Positions 1 through 9,930 are shown, counted from the stretch's first letter. The stretch is DNA of 64,000 nt from Alphaproteobacteria bacterium (GCA_041940205.1 JBGTSP010000001.1:245-64244), one strand, 5' to 3'. Made by a program: numbers and translations. The notes: generated from the letters alone by a model not told the origin.

Positions 1-2
1 AG

Positions 3-275
3 GTGGCGAGCCGCGGCGAGGAGACCCTCTCCAGGCAGGCTTCCGACGCGCTCTATCACGTCACCACCGCCGCCCTGCTGGCCGGCGAAGGCGCCCGGCT
101 GGGCGCGGCCGGCGGCGATGCCGGCCGCCTGCTGCTGGCCCGCATGGTGCTCGATCACCGTCTCCGGCCGCAGGATCCGCTGGCGGCCGAGGATGGCGAC
201 GGCGCCATGATCGACGCCCTGCTGTCGCCGGAGCCGGTGTCGCTGGATCAGGCCCAGGCGCTGGTCTCGCACTGA
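3..275 (+). CDS. C-terminal fragment of a protein whose gene starts upstream of the window; function not assignable
   Basis: Open frame running from window edge to a stop at 275; no in-window start context. Confidence 0.3.
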   Translation: MASRGEETLSRQASDALYHVTTAALLAGEGARLGAAGGDAGRLLLARMVLDHRLRPQDPLAAEDGDGAMIDALLSPEPVSLDQAQALVSH

Positions 276-396
276 GACCCCGCGCCGGCGGGCGGCTTGC
301 CCGGGGGCGGGGCAGGGAGTAAGCCTCTATTCGACGCGCCCGACGGGGCGGCGGCGCATCGGGCGTCGCCGCCCCGCTGCCGTTCGGGGGAATCCG

Positions 397-1263
397 ATGT
401 CCGCCTCGCCGTTGCTCGCGGCCGCCTGGATGAGCGGCGCCCTGGTCTCGTTCGCCTCCATGGCGATCGCGGGGCGCGAGCTGTCGGCCGAGATCTCCCT
501 GTTCCAGGTGCTGTTCCTGCGCAGTTCGGTCTGCCTGCTGATCCTCGCGGTGCCGCTGTGGCGGGCCGGCCGGTCGGCGCTGCGCACCCCGCATCTGCGC
601 CTGCACCTGTTTCGCAACAGCCTGCATTATGGCGCCAGCTACTGCTGGTATGTCGGCGTGATCTCCATCCCGCTGGCGGAAGTCTTCGCGATCGAGTTCA
701 CGGCGCCGATCTGGACGGCGCTGCTGGCCGCCCTGTTCCTGGGCGAGCCGTTTTCGCGCCGCCGCGTTCTCGCCATCGCGCTGGGATTCTCGGGCCTGAT
801 GGTGATCCTGCGGCCGGGCCTCGAGATCGTGCATCCCGCCTCGCTGGTGGTGCTGCTGGCGGCGGTCGGCTACGGCTCGGTCTATGTCATCACCAAGCGG
901 CTGACCCGCGAGGATTCGCCGCTGGTGATCCTGGGCTGGATGAACCTGATCCAGCTCGCCATCGGGGCCGGTCCGACCCTTGCCGACTGGGTCACGCCCT
1001 CGCCATCGCTGTGGCCCTGGGCCCTCGTCGTCGGCCTGTCCGGCCTGACCTCGCACTACTGCATTGCCCGGGCGATGGTGCATGCGGACGCCATGGTGGT
1101 GGCGCCGCTGGATTTCCTGCGCCTGCCGCTGATCGCCGTGGTCGGTTTCTTCGCCTATGGCGAACCGCTCGACGCCTTCGTCTTCGTCGGCGCGCTGCTG
1201 GTGGTCGGCGGCAACCTGGTGAACATCGTCGGCGAACGGCTGCGCCTGCGCCGGCCGTCCTGA
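397..1263 (+). CDS. DMT/EamA-family inner-membrane transporter
   Basis: 288 aa, about 10 hydrophobic helices; two tandem EamA-like halves typical of drug/metabolite transporter family. Confidence 0.7.
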   Translation: MSASPLLAAAWMSGALVSFASMAIAGRELSAEISLFQVLFLRSSVCLLILAVPLWRAGRSALRTPHLRLHLFRNSLHYGASYCWYVGVISIPLAEVFAIEFTAPIWTALLAALFLGEPFSRRRVLAIALGFSGLMVILRPGLEIVHPASLVVLLAAVGYGSVYVITKRLTREDSPLVILGWMNLIQLAIGAGPTLADWVTPSPSLWPWALVVGLSGLTSHYCIARAMVHADAMVVAPLDFLRLPLIAVVGFFAYGEPLDAFVFVGALLVVGGNLVNIVGERLRLRRPS

Positions 1264-1382
1264 ACCGGCGGCCCGAACGGCATGTGGGACCGTCGCCGCG
1301 CCGGCGCTAGACTGTCTGCCCGCGGGCCCGGCCGGGCCCGCGATTCCCGTCCGTTCCGCCACGCTGCCGGAGAGCCGAGCCC

Positions 1383-2612
1383 ATGACCGTGACCATCGAA
1401 ACCCCGCTGACCCTGCCTTGCGGGGCGGTGCTCCGGAACCGCCTGATCAAGGCGCCGATGACCGAAGGCCTGGCCGATCCCATGAACCGGGCGACGGCGC
1501 GCCACGAGGTGCTCTACCGGGCCTGGTCCGCCGGTGGCGCGGCGGCGCTGATCACCGGCAACGTGCAGGTCGACCGGCGCTATCTCGAGCGGCCGGGCAA
1601 CGTGGTCGTCGACGGCAATGGCGGCGAGGAGGCCCTGGCCGCCTTCGCGCATGCCGGTACCGCCAACGACACCCATCTGTGGATGCAGATCGGCCATGCC
1701 GGCCGGCAAACCCCGCGGCGGGTCAACCCCGAGCCCGTGGCCCCTTCCGCGGTGCCGCTGGCGCTGCCGGAGAGCGCCTTCGGCGCACCCCGGGCCCTGA
1801 CCGGCGCGGAAGTCGAGGATGTCGTCGCCCGCTTCGCCCATGTCGCGGGGAAGGCCCGCCAGGCCGGCTTTACCGGCTTGCAGGTGCATGCGGCGCACGG
1901 CTACCTGATCTCCGAGTTCCTCTCGCCGCTGGCCAACCGGCGCGAGGACAAGTGGGGCGGGCCGCTGGAGAACCGGGCCCGGCTGCTGCGCGAGGTCGTG
2001 CGGGCCTGCCGGCACGCGGTCGGCGCCGATTTCCCGGTGACGGTGAAGCTCAATTCCTCGGACTTCCAGAAGGGCGGCTTCAGCCACGAGGACTGTCTGC
2101 AGGTGGTGCGCTGGCTCGAGGAGGACGGCGTCGACCTGCTGGAACTGTCCGGCGGCAACTACGAGAATCCGGCGATGATGGCGGGAACCCGCGGCGCGGA
2201 GGAGATCGCCGACAGCACGGTGGCGCGGGAGGCCTATTTCCTGCGCTATGCCCGCAGCGTGCGCGCCGCCACCACGGTGCCGCTGATGGTGACCGGCGGC
2301 TTCCGCAGCCGCGCGGCCATGGACCAGGCTCTGGCCGACGGCGACACCGATGCGATCGGCCTCGGGCGGCCGATGTGCGTGGAAACCGACCTGCCGAACC
2401 GGCTGCTGGCCTCGGCGGATGCGGAAGCGGTCTCCTGGGAGCGCGAGATCCGGCCGGCCAAGGGCGCGCTGGGCTGGTTCTGCCTGCAGCTCATCCGGAT
2501 CGCCGACGGCGCGGGCGCGGACCCGGCGATGAGCGGCGAGGACGCGATCCGCGACTATCTCGCGAACGAGGAGCGCACGGCGGCCGCGCTGGTCGAGCGG
2601 GCGCCGGCCTGA
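1383..2612 (+). CDS. NADH:flavin oxidoreductase, Old Yellow Enzyme family
   Basis: 409 aa; OYE signatures HAAHGYLISEFLSPLANRREDKWGG and TIM-barrel FMN-binding pattern. Confidence 0.8.
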   Translation: MTVTIETPLTLPCGAVLRNRLIKAPMTEGLADPMNRATARHEVLYRAWSAGGAAALITGNVQVDRRYLERPGNVVVDGNGGEEALAAFAHAGTANDTHLWMQIGHAGRQTPRRVNPEPVAPSAVPLALPESAFGAPRALTGAEVEDVVARFAHVAGKARQAGFTGLQVHAAHGYLISEFLSPLANRREDKWGGPLENRARLLREVVRACRHAVGADFPVTVKLNSSDFQKGGFSHEDCLQVVRWLEEDGVDLLELSGGNYENPAMMAGTRGAEEIADSTVAREAYFLRYARSVRAATTVPLMVTGGFRSRAAMDQALADGDTDAIGLGRPMCVETDLPNRLLASADAEAVSWEREIRPAKGALGWFCLQLIRIADGAGADPAMSGEDAIRDYLANEERTAAALVERAPA

Positions 2613-2800
2613 ACGGCGGGGCGCCCCGGCGGATCTGCCGCTTGGCCTGCGCGGGCAAGACTCCTATTCTGCCACCTTGTCGAGGGTTGGCACGGACTGC
2701 CCGCTTGGGTGGTCAGAAATTATGAGTTGCCTTATGTTTGTTCGCGAAGCACGTGTGCGGAGGCACCCCGAACAGTGCGCGTGATTGACGATCGGACGCG

Positions 2801-4030
2801 ATGAATCCGACGCTTGCCTTCCTGTCCCTGGCCGAGGAGGTCAAGTCGCTGCCGCGCGAGGCCGCGCTGGCGGCGATCCTCGCGCGCTGTGTGGAACTGG
2901 CCGGCGCCCGGGGCGGCGCGATCTACATGCTTTCGACCGAGGAAGAGAACCTGCTGGTCTGTACCGCCCAGCAGGGACCGGCGCTCGACCAGGACGGCCT
3001 GAACGCCATCGCCGAGGTCTGGCAGAGCGGCGGCGCGACGGCGACGGCGACGGCGCGGCTGTTCGCGGCGGGCGCCGAGGGCCAGCCGCCGAGCGCGATC
3101 GTCGCGGTGATCGAACCGGCCGCCGATGCCAAGGCGGATCTGGCCACGGCGATGCCGGTGCTCTCGACCATCATCGACCGGATCGCGGTCGACGCCGCAC
3201 CGCCGGTCGCCGGCGGGCCGGCCGAGGCGCCGCCGCCCTCGCCGGACGCGGACGCCGGCGATCTGCCCGACGGGGTCATGGACGTGCTCGTGGTCGAGGA
3301 CAACGTCATCAACCTGATGCTGGTCGAGACCGTGCTGAAGCGCGGCGGTCACAAGGTGACGTCGGTGGAGAACGGCCTGCTGGCGGTGAATACCGTGCGC
3401 GAGCATGTCTTCGACCTGATCCTGATGGACATCCACATGCCGGAAATGGACGGCCTGGAGGCAACCGCCCGGATTCGCGAGATGGAGGGCCCGCAGGCGG
3501 GCATACCGATAATCGCGGTCACCGCGAACGCCATGGAGGGCGACCGTGAGCGCTTCCTGGCCGGCGGCATGGACGACTATCTGCCGAAGCCGATCGACGC
3601 CGACAATCTGCTGCAGATGGTGCGCGACTACGGCCGCGGCGGCGCCCGTTCGGGCCCGTCGCCGCACGCCAGGAGCAATGGCGGCGGCGCGGTCGGCGTG
3701 CTGGACGAACGCGCGATCGGCGGCCTGATCGCCAAGGTCGGCGAGGCGGTGACCGGCAAGATGGTCGAAGCCTATGTCAACGACACGCCCCTGCGACTGC
3801 GCCGGCTGCTGGACGCGGTCTCGCGCAGCGATGCCGCGCGTGCGCGCAGCGAGGCGGAGGACCTGTCCTCGTCCTCGGCGGAACTTGGCGTGCCGGTCAT
3901 GCGCGATCTCGGCCTGAAGCTCTCGCAGGCCTGTGCCGGCAGCGACTGGGACGAGGCGCGCGCGCTGGGACCGCGCCTGCAGTCCAGCCTGGATGACGCC
4001 CTGGAAGCGCTACAGGCCCGGTTTTCCTGA
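2801..4030 (+). CDS. Response regulator with N-terminal GAF-like region, CheY-like receiver domain and C-terminal Hpt domain
   Basis: Receiver motif VLVVEDNVINLMLVE...DLILMDIHMPEMDGLE...IIAVTANAM...LPKPID; C-terminal Hpt-like helix bundle. Confidence 0.7.
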   Translation: MNPTLAFLSLAEEVKSLPREAALAAILARCVELAGARGGAIYMLSTEEENLLVCTAQQGPALDQDGLNAIAEVWQSGGATATATARLFAAGAEGQPPSAIVAVIEPAADAKADLATAMPVLSTIIDRIAVDAAPPVAGGPAEAPPPSPDADAGDLPDGVMDVLVVEDNVINLMLVETVLKRGGHKVTSVENGLLAVNTVREHVFDLILMDIHMPEMDGLEATARIREMEGPQAGIPIIAVTANAMEGDRERFLAGGMDDYLPKPIDADNLLQMVRDYGRGGARSGPSPHARSNGGGAVGVLDERAIGGLIAKVGEAVTGKMVEAYVNDTPLRLRRLLDAVSRSDAARARSEAEDLSSSSAELGVPVMRDLGLKLSQACAGSDWDEARALGPRLQSSLDDALEALQARFS

Positions 4031-4093
4031 AATCACGGGATTGGGGGACAGGCGGCCGGCCGGAAAGGCGGCCGGCGGCGACGAAGCCGTGCT

Positions 4094-4894
4094 TCAGTCC
4101 CGCGACGTGCGCAGGCGTTCGCGCTCCAGCCGCGCCTCGCGCAGCGCCTCGTAGCGTTTCTGCGCGGCCAGCCGGCGCTCGGTATAGACCCGGCGTCGCT
4201 CCTTGTGCCACAGGTCCATGATCTTCATGGCGTAGCTGCGTTTCCGGCTGCGGGTGGAGGAGTGATAGCGGCCCATGGCCTCGCTCCACGAGCGGGTCTC
4301 CTTGAACAGCCGGGTCAGCAGGTCGCCGGCATAGGCCACGTTCGAGGCCGGATCGAACGCGGTTTCGAGATCGTCGAAGGCATCGGGATGCCAGTGCAGG
4401 TTCACCTGCATGCAGCCGACGTCGATGTTGCGCACGCCCTTGCGCTTCAGCGCCCGGACTTCGCGGATGGCGCTCTGCTTGTCGCCGAAATAGCGCCCGC
4501 GCCCTTCGGCGTAGACCGTCCAGGGCCAGGGCCGGAGTTCCTTGCGTTTCTTGTCCCAGCGGCCCGACTCGGCGAGGCTGATGGCCGAGAGGAGCTGCGA
4601 GGGGATGCGCCGGGCGCGCTCTTCAAAGCTGATTGCGCTGCGGCACAGCAGGCCGTCATCGCCGGGCTTGCCGCCCTCGGTCGATGCCGCGGCGGGCAGG
4701 CCGGTCAGCAGGGCGGAAACGGCGATGGCGGCGAAGAGCGGGCCCGCCCGCGCGGCGGCGCGTGCCAGCATGGAACGCATCCGTTCGATCGCTTGCGTCA
4801 GCATGGCACGCATCATCCGGCCAGGCCCTTTCCACCGGGTTAACCATCTTCGCTTTCCGGTCGATTCCAGCATCATTCGTGCCAGCAGGGCCAC
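4094..4894 (-). CDS. Lytic transglycosylase (SLT-domain) protein with signal peptide
   Basis: N-terminal hydrophobic signal; SLT motif IPSQLLSAISLAESGR and conserved downstream AYN/Y region. Confidence 0.6.
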   Translation of the reverse strand: MALLARMMLESTGKRRWLTRWKGPGRMMRAMLTQAIERMRSMLARAAARAGPLFAAIAVSALLTGLPAAASTEGGKPGDDGLLCRSAISFEERARRIPSQLLSAISLAESGRWDKKRKELRPWPWTVYAEGRGRYFGDKQSAIREVRALKRKGVRNIDVGCMQVNLHWHPDAFDDLETAFDPASNVAYAGDLLTRLFKETRSWSEAMGRYHSSTRSRKRSYAMKIMDLWHKERRRVYTERRLAAQKRYEALREARLERERLRTSRD

Positions 4895-4910
4895 AATCCG
4901 GCCCGATGCC

Positions 4911-5798
4911 CTACTGGGCGGCCAGCGGCAGGCCCAGGTCGAGCGCGATCACCGTGTCGATCACCCGGGTCGCGTCCGCCACCACCAGGTCGAAGTCCGA
5001 GCGTTTCCTATAGCGGGTCTCTTCCATGTAGATCGCCCGGTTGATCTCGATCTGCAGGCTGTGCAGGCCCTCGCGCGGCTGGCCGTAATGGTAGGTCGAG
5101 AACCCGCCGGCATAGGGCACGTTGCGGGCCACCCGGTAGCCCAGCTGTCGCCAGGTCTGTTCGACCGCGTCGATCAGTTCTTCCGCGCAGGTGGTGCCGA
5201 AGCGGTTACCCAGCACGATGTCGGCGCGGCCGTCCGGCTCGTCCCGGCCGTTGGGCAGCGGCCGCGAGGGCATGGAATGGCAATCGATCAGCACGGCATG
5301 GCCGAACACCGTCATCGCCCGGTTGAGCAGGCCCCGGAGGGCACCGTGATAGGGCCGGTATAGCCCGCGAATCCGCGCCTCGGCCTCGGCCACGCGCAGC
5401 TTTCGCCGGTAGATCTCGAAGCCGTCGCCGACCAGCCGCGGCACCGTGCCCAGGCCGGCCGCGACCCGCAGCGAGGTCGTGTTGGCGTAGGCCGGCAGCC
5501 GGTCGGCGAACATCGCCGGATCGAGTTCGTAGGGTTCGCGATTGACGTCGAGCCAGATCCGCGCGTGCGTGGCCGAAAGCAGCGGCACGCCAAGCGCGGG
5601 CGCGGCGGCGAAGATCTCGTCGACGAAACTGTCCTCGGCCCGGCGCAGCTGGTCGCGCTTCAGGCGGCTGTCGCGGAACAGGGTGTCGGGATAGTGCTGG
5701 CCGGAATGCGGCGAGGCGAACACCGCCGGCGCCCGCAGATGCGCCGGCTCGCGCACCGTGAACGCCTCGGTTGCCGTTGCCTCGGGGCCTTCCGCCAT
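4911..5798 (-). CDS. N-formylglutamate amidohydrolase family protein
   Basis: Conserved FASPHSG...HARIWLDVNREPYELDP motif; start trimmed to internal Met (MAEGPE) from the longer ORF 4911..5912. Confidence 0.7.
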   Translation of the reverse strand: MAEGPEATATEAFTVREPAHLRAPAVFASPHSGQHYPDTLFRDSRLKRDQLRRAEDSFVDEIFAAAPALGVPLLSATHARIWLDVNREPYELDPAMFADRLPAYANTTSLRVAAGLGTVPRLVGDGFEIYRRKLRVAEAEARIRGLYRPYHGALRGLLNRAMTVFGHAVLIDCHSMPSRPLPNGRDEPDGRADIVLGNRFGTTCAEELIDAVEQTWRQLGYRVARNVPYAGGFSTYHYGQPREGLHSLQIEINRAIYMEETRYRKRSDFDLVVADATRVIDTVIALDLGLPLAAQ

Positions 5799-6019
5799 GC
5801 GCTGTCGATCCCTTTCCGTCGATCCCGGTTGACCGCGATGGTGCGCGGCGCGGCCCCCCGCGTCAATCGGCGGCGTCCCGCCGCGGCCGGGCCGATATGG
5901 CGAACAAGGCATTAACGATTTGAAAGAAACCGGCCACTATAGTTCCACTCTCCGGACGCGAAGGGCGGCCCGGGAACGGGATCGCCGGCGGCGAACCGGC
6001 GGCAGCGAGCGGGAGAACG

Positions 6020-6379
6020 ATGGCGCATATCCTTCTGGCCGAAGACGACGATTCGATGCGGAATTTCCTGCGCCGCGCGCTCGAACGCGCGGGCCACGTG
6101 GTGTTCGCCGTGGGCAGCGGCGCCGACGCCCTGCCGCTGCTGGCCGAGGGCGACTTCGACCTGCTGCTGGCGGACATCGTGATGCCGGAAATGGACGGAA
6201 TCGAGCTGGCGCGCCGCGCCGTCGCCGTCGACGCCGGCCTGCGGGTCATGTTCATCACCGGTTTCGCCGCGGTCGCGCTGGCCGGGCGGCACGCGGCGCC
6301 GCGCGACGCCCGCGTGCTCTCCAAGCCCTTCCACCTGCGCGAGCTGGTGGGCGAGATCGACCGGCTTCTGGCCGCCTGA
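6020..6379 (+). CDS. cpdR: Single-domain CheY-like response regulator, CpdR-like (ClpXP adaptor type)
   Basis: 119 aa; near-colinear with Caulobacter CpdR (ILLAEDDDSMR...LLLADIVMPEMDGIELARRA...VMFITGFAAVAL...RVLSKPFHLRELV). Confidence 0.65.
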   Translation: MAHILLAEDDDSMRNFLRRALERAGHVVFAVGSGADALPLLAEGDFDLLLADIVMPEMDGIELARRAVAVDAGLRVMFITGFAAVALAGRHAAPRDARVLSKPFHLRELVGEIDRLLAA

Positions 6380-6395
6380 AGGCGGAACCGCCGCT

Positions 6396-6983
6396 TCAGG
6401 ATCCCGTGTGCGCGAAGGCCTCGGCCGGGACGTAGTCGAACACTTCCTCGCCCGGTTTCTGCCAGTAGAGTTCCAGCGTGTTGGTGCCCTTGCGCTGGAA
6501 GTACAGCAGGTAGAGCGGGTACCAGCCGGGCGTCTCGACCTTCACGTGGGCATATTCCGAATAGCGGTCCTTGTGCACGTCGGGATCGTCGGCGATCACC
6601 TGCTCGCCGACGGTCAGCCGGATGCCGTCGTTGGAATTCATGGTCATGACGTAGGTGCCGGCCTGGGGAAACCTGAGGAAACCGGTGATGCGCGCCGCCA
6701 CGCCCTCGGTGTAGCTGCTGGTCAGCACTTCCTGGTCGCTGTTCGGCCAGTCGAGCGCCTCGATCGGCTCGCCACGCTTGCCCTTGCCCGCGATCTCGAT
6801 CTCGTCGACATGGCGGATGAAGATGTTGAGATATTCCACCGCCAATCCGGGCTTCAGCGTTTCGGCCGCCGGTTGCGGCGAGGCGGGCTTCAGGCCGCTG
6901 ACTTCAACCACGGCATGAGCCGGCGTCACCGCCAGCCCGAGCATCAGCCCCATCGCGGCCGCAAGGCCGGTCCATCGCATCAT
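6396..6983 (-). CDS. Secreted protein, PA14-like beta-sandwich domain (putative)
   Basis: Signal peptide MMRWTGLAAAMGLMLGLAVTPAHA then about 170 aa beta-rich domain; start trimmed to MMRW. Confidence 0.4.
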   Translation of the reverse strand: MMRWTGLAAAMGLMLGLAVTPAHAVVEVSGLKPASPQPAAETLKPGLAVEYLNIFIRHVDEIEIAGKGKRGEPIEALDWPNSDQEVLTSSYTEGVAARITGFLRFPQAGTYVMTMNSNDGIRLTVGEQVIADDPDVHKDRYSEYAHVKVETPGWYPLYLLYFQRKGTNTLELYWQKPGEEVFDYVPAEAFAHTGS

Positions 6984-7123
6984 CCGGGTCTCCCTTCTGG
7001 TACTGCGCATTCGCGTCGTTGTGCCCCGGGGCCGGACCTTAACGCGGACCGGCGACATTGGTGAGAAAAGTTGTAGGCGCTTGCTTGCCCCCGCGCCGCG
7101 ATTCGCCTATATCGGCGCGCTCC

Positions 7124-7200
7124 GGGTCCGTAGCTCAGTTGGTTAGAGCGCTGTCTTGACATGGCAGAGGTCACTGGTTCAAATCCAGTCGGACCCACCA
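7124..7200 (+). tRNA. tRNA-Val, anticodon GAC
   Basis: Cloverleaf folds by hand: acceptor GGGTCCG/CGGACCC, D-arm AGCTCAGTTGGTTAGAGC, anticodon stem CTGTC/GGCAG with loop TTGACAT, T-loop TTCAAAT, 3' CCA encoded. Confidence 0.9.
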
Positions 7201-7207
7201 CGTTTTT
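7152..7207 (+). repeat. attL: prophage attachment-site core (3' part of tRNA-Val plus about 8 nt)
   Basis: 56-bp stretch tgtcttgacatggcagaggtcactggttcaaatccagtcggacccaccacgttttt repeated at 47107-47162. Confidence 0.8.
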
Positions 7208-7280
7208 TCCCTGAATTCCGCCCTTTTCGACGCCTCGGTCGGTGGCTATGACACTGACTTGTGGGTCAAATCGTGGTTCA

Positions 7281-8420
7281 TCAGCCCTCGAGCGCGGCCG
7301 CGGCCGAGCGCAGGTAATCCGGGTGGTGGTGGCCATAGACCCGCTCGACCAGGCGGGTGTCGCGATGGCCGAGAAAGCCGGCGACGTCCCACAGGTTGAC
7401 GCCGCGCTGAGCCATCCAGGTCGCGGCCGTGTGGCGCAGCACGTGCGGCGAGACGCCCTCGAGGCCGGCCGCCGCGGCCGCACCGCGGATCCCCGTCTTG
7501 ACGTCCCGGATCGGCCGGCCGGCATACTCGATCACGTGATCGCTGATCGCGCCGCGCAGGGCTTCCTCGAGATGCCGGCGGGCGGTGTCCGTCATCGGCA
7601 CCAGCGACCGTCGCTTCGCGCCGAGGCGTCGCACCGGCGGCTGCAAGTCGATCCGGCCGGCCGTGAAGTCCACGCGGTCCCAGGTCAGCTCCAGCAGGGC
7701 TTCCTTGCGCGCGGCCGTGTGCAACGCCAGCACGATGAACAGCCGGACATGCGGGCTGCGGGCGGCCGCGACCAGGCGATCGGCCTCCTCGCGGGTGAGC
7801 CAGCGATCACGCGCCGCCGACTCGGGCGGGAGCTGCAGGGGGTCGACCCGGTCGTACAAGGGCGTGCCGTCGGGGTTCCTGAGAGCGCCTCCCAGGGCGA
7901 TCGCGGCGTTCAGGGTGGCGAGCTCCTTCCGGATGCTGCCATCGGCTCTGCCGATGCGCCTGCGGGCCGCCAGGTAAGCATCGCCGCGCTCGGGGGTGAC
8001 CTGGGTCGGCCGCAGGGCCGCGAAGGTTTTCTCGAGCGCACGGAAGGCATAGTCGATCCGCTGCACGGCCCGGATCGGCTGCTCGCGTCGCCGGCGGACA
8101 AGGGTCAGCAGCGCGAGGGCGCGGTCCGTGCGCGCGCTGCCGTAGACCTTGCGCATGTCGGCGGTCACGGTCTCGACCTGGCCGGGGTCGCGGCCGGCCA
8201 GCGAGCGCTCGAGGCGGTAGAGGGCGATCAGCTCTCCGACGGTGGGGACGGGCGCCTGATCTGCCTGAAGGTCGGAAACTGCGTCACAGAATTCGGCGAA
8301 CCGCCGTTCGGCTTCCTCCCTGGCGGCGGCGTCGACGCCGAGGCTTCGGCGGACGGTGCGTCCTTCGACGGTGTCGGTGGCGCACCAGGCGCCGCGGTAG
8401 AGCTTGAGCCGCCAGGCCAT
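7281..8420 (-). CDS. int: Phage tyrosine integrase
   Basis: 379 aa; C-terminal catalytic region HVLRHTAATWMAQRGVNLWDVAGFLGHRDTRLVERVYGH; adjacent to tRNA/attL. Confidence 0.9.
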   Translation of the reverse strand: MAWRLKLYRGAWCATDTVEGRTVRRSLGVDAAAREEAERRFAEFCDAVSDLQADQAPVPTVGELIALYRLERSLAGRDPGQVETVTADMRKVYGSARTDRALALLTLVRRRREQPIRAVQRIDYAFRALEKTFAALRPTQVTPERGDAYLAARRRIGRADGSIRKELATLNAAIALGGALRNPDGTPLYDRVDPLQLPPESAARDRWLTREEADRLVAAARSPHVRLFIVLALHTAARKEALLELTWDRVDFTAGRIDLQPPVRRLGAKRRSLVPMTDTARRHLEEALRGAISDHVIEYAGRPIRDVKTGIRGAAAAAGLEGVSPHVLRHTAATWMAQRGVNLWDVAGFLGHRDTRLVERVYGHHHPDYLRSAAAALEG

Positions 8421-8677
8421 CCTTCCCTCTCCTCGCTGTCGGGCGCCGGATCGGCCGGCGCGGTTTTCTCCGCGCGGTCCTCGCGCGCGGTCCCGGCGGC
8501 CGCCAGACCATCCTCGTACTCGGCGACGGCCTCGACCGGGATCCGGATCATCCGACCGATCGTGAAGTGCCGCAACGTGCCCGCCCGGCAGCGGGCCAGC
8601 ACGGCGGATTTCGAGCAGGCCCAGCGCTCGGCGAGCAGCTCCGGGGTATAGGGGCGAGGCGGGAGGGCCATGGTCAT
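8228..8677 (-). CDS. xis: Excisionase / AlpA-like HTH DNA-binding protein (putative xis)
   Basis: N-terminal HTH LLAERWACSKSAVLARCRAGTLRHFTIGRMIRI; directly upstream of int; low-complexity C-terminal tail overlaps int 5' end by about 190 bp, so its true extent is uncertain. Confidence 0.5.
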   Translation of the reverse strand: MTMALPPRPYTPELLAERWACSKSAVLARCRAGTLRHFTIGRMIRIPVEAVAEYEDGLAAAGTAREDRAEKTAPADPAPDSEEREGWPGGSSSTAAPGAPPTPSKDAPSAEASASTPPPGRKPNGGSPNSVTQFPTFRQIRRPSPPSES

Positions 8678-9930
8678 GATTTCAGGCGAACGGCGTTCGT
8701 CGGGAACGCGTCGTGCAGGACGCCATCAAGCAGCCGTCCGGCCGCTCTCTTGCCGACCCGCTGGAAAGTCGCGTGGCTCTCGTCACTGGCGACAAAGGAC
8801 AGGCCGTCCTCCCATCTTGGATCGGCGTCGAAGTCCGCGGGGAACAGGTTGTGCTTGTCCTCGACGCGGCCGTTCTGGCTCTTCCAGTAGGGGGCGGCAT
8901 CCGGCTCCCACGGCAGCCACTCGCCGATCTGTTTCAGCAGAAACGGGATTCCGGCGCTGGCGCACTGGTCGCGAATCCCGCGCGGCCAGTCGGGATGCAT
9001 CGGCCGGGCGTTGCGCCCGCTCTCGCCGCCGGCGACGACCCAATGCAGGCCTTTGCCCGGTGCCTTGCGGAAGGTGCGGCAATCGCACTCGTGGCAGCTT
9101 TGCGACACCCCGCCTGTGTTCGGGCAGCGGGTAAAGCCGTGACCGTGGCCGCACTGGCAACCGGCCGGATAGCCCGCACGCACCCCTAGCAGATAGCGGT
9201 GCATGTCCACCGGCCCCAGCAACGGCTCAGCCGAAATCCAGCGAACGGATGCCGGCGTCGCCAGCAGTTCGGGGATGCGCAGATCGGCCGTCTTCTGATC
9301 CTCGACCGACGTGCCGAGCCAGACGTTCGGGAGCGGCCAGTCCCAGCCCATCGCCTTGCACCGACCGGCCTCGGTCCAGAGCTTTTCGTTTGAAGGATCG
9401 GCAAGACCAAACGCATCGAGGAAAGGCTCACAGGCCTCCTCAATACGGACCCGGCGGCCCGTCTCTTTGCCGGCGGGAATGTGAATGCGGCAGACTTCAC
9501 GGGCCGGCGTCCCCTGCCACTTTTCCTCAAACCATGAGCGCATCCGTTCCGGCCGTTTCGTCAGCACCTGGAACGTGTGCTGCGGACAGAGCGCCATCAT
9601 CGCGAAGATCCGGTCGATCCACTCGTCCTCGACCCAATCGCCGAAAAGGTCGGTCATCGAACACACGAAAACCCTCCGGGGCCGGCGCCAGCGAAGCGGC
9701 TGGGTGAGCGCCTTCTCGTCGAGGAACAGGTCCACCTTGGCCCTGTCCTGGGCGGCGAAGCGGATCGGGTTCTGGAAGCGCGCCTGCCAGTCCTCGGAGT
9801 AGCAGTTCCGACAGGCCTCGGACGCGTGAACGCAGTAGTGACCTACTTTGCCGGTTGCGCGGTTGCGTGCTCGGAGTGGGTTCCAGGTGGCGTCCGTCCA
9901 TTCGATCTTCGATCGTTCAGCCATCGGCAT
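8674..9930 (-). CDS. Phage Gp37/Gp68-family protein (DUF5131, radical-SAM-related) with C-terminal extension
   Basis: Signature N-terminus MAERSKIEWTDATWNPLRA, Cys cluster CVHASEACRNC, later CQCGHGHGF...CHECDC; start trimmed to MPMAERS (RBS-less internal Met of ORF 8674..10182). ATGA overlap with xis. Confidence 0.7.
   Translation of the reverse strand: MPMAERSKIEWTDATWNPLRARNRATGKVGHYCVHASEACRNCYSEDWQARFQNPIRFAAQDRAKVDLFLDEKALTQPLRWRRPRRVFVCSMTDLFGDWVEDEWIDRIFAMMALCPQHTFQVLTKRPERMRSWFEEKWQGTPAREVCRIHIPAGKETGRRVRIEEACEPFLDAFGLADPSNEKLWTEAGRCKAMGWDWPLPNVWLGTSVEDQKTADLRIPELLATPASVRWISAEPLLGPVDMHRYLLGVRAGYPAGCQCGHGHGFTRCPNTGGVSQSCHECDCRTFRKAPGKGLHWVVAGGESGRNARPMHPDWPRGIRDQCASAGIPFLLKQIGEWLPWEPDAAPYWKSQNGRVEDKHNLFPADFDADPRWEDGLSFVASDESHATFQRVGKRAAGRLLDGVLHDAFPTNAVRLKS
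8686..8700. repeat. GC palindrome family copy 1 (gGCGAACGGCGTTCGt)
   Basis: Perfect 13-bp core CGAACGGCGTTCG; 9 bp upstream of xis start / just past Gp37-like stop. Confidence 0.6.

Noticed and set aside
61-1362. 433-aa minus-strand ORF overlapping the DMT transporter gene
   Set aside because: Antisense to a well-supported membrane-protein gene; Arg/Pro/Gly-rich low-complexity translation typical of spurious ORFs in high-GC DNA.
1418-2725. 435-aa plus-strand ORF in alternate frame of the OYE oxidoreductase gene
   Set aside because: Same strand, shifted frame; R/G/P-rich low complexity; the OYE frame has clear family motifs.
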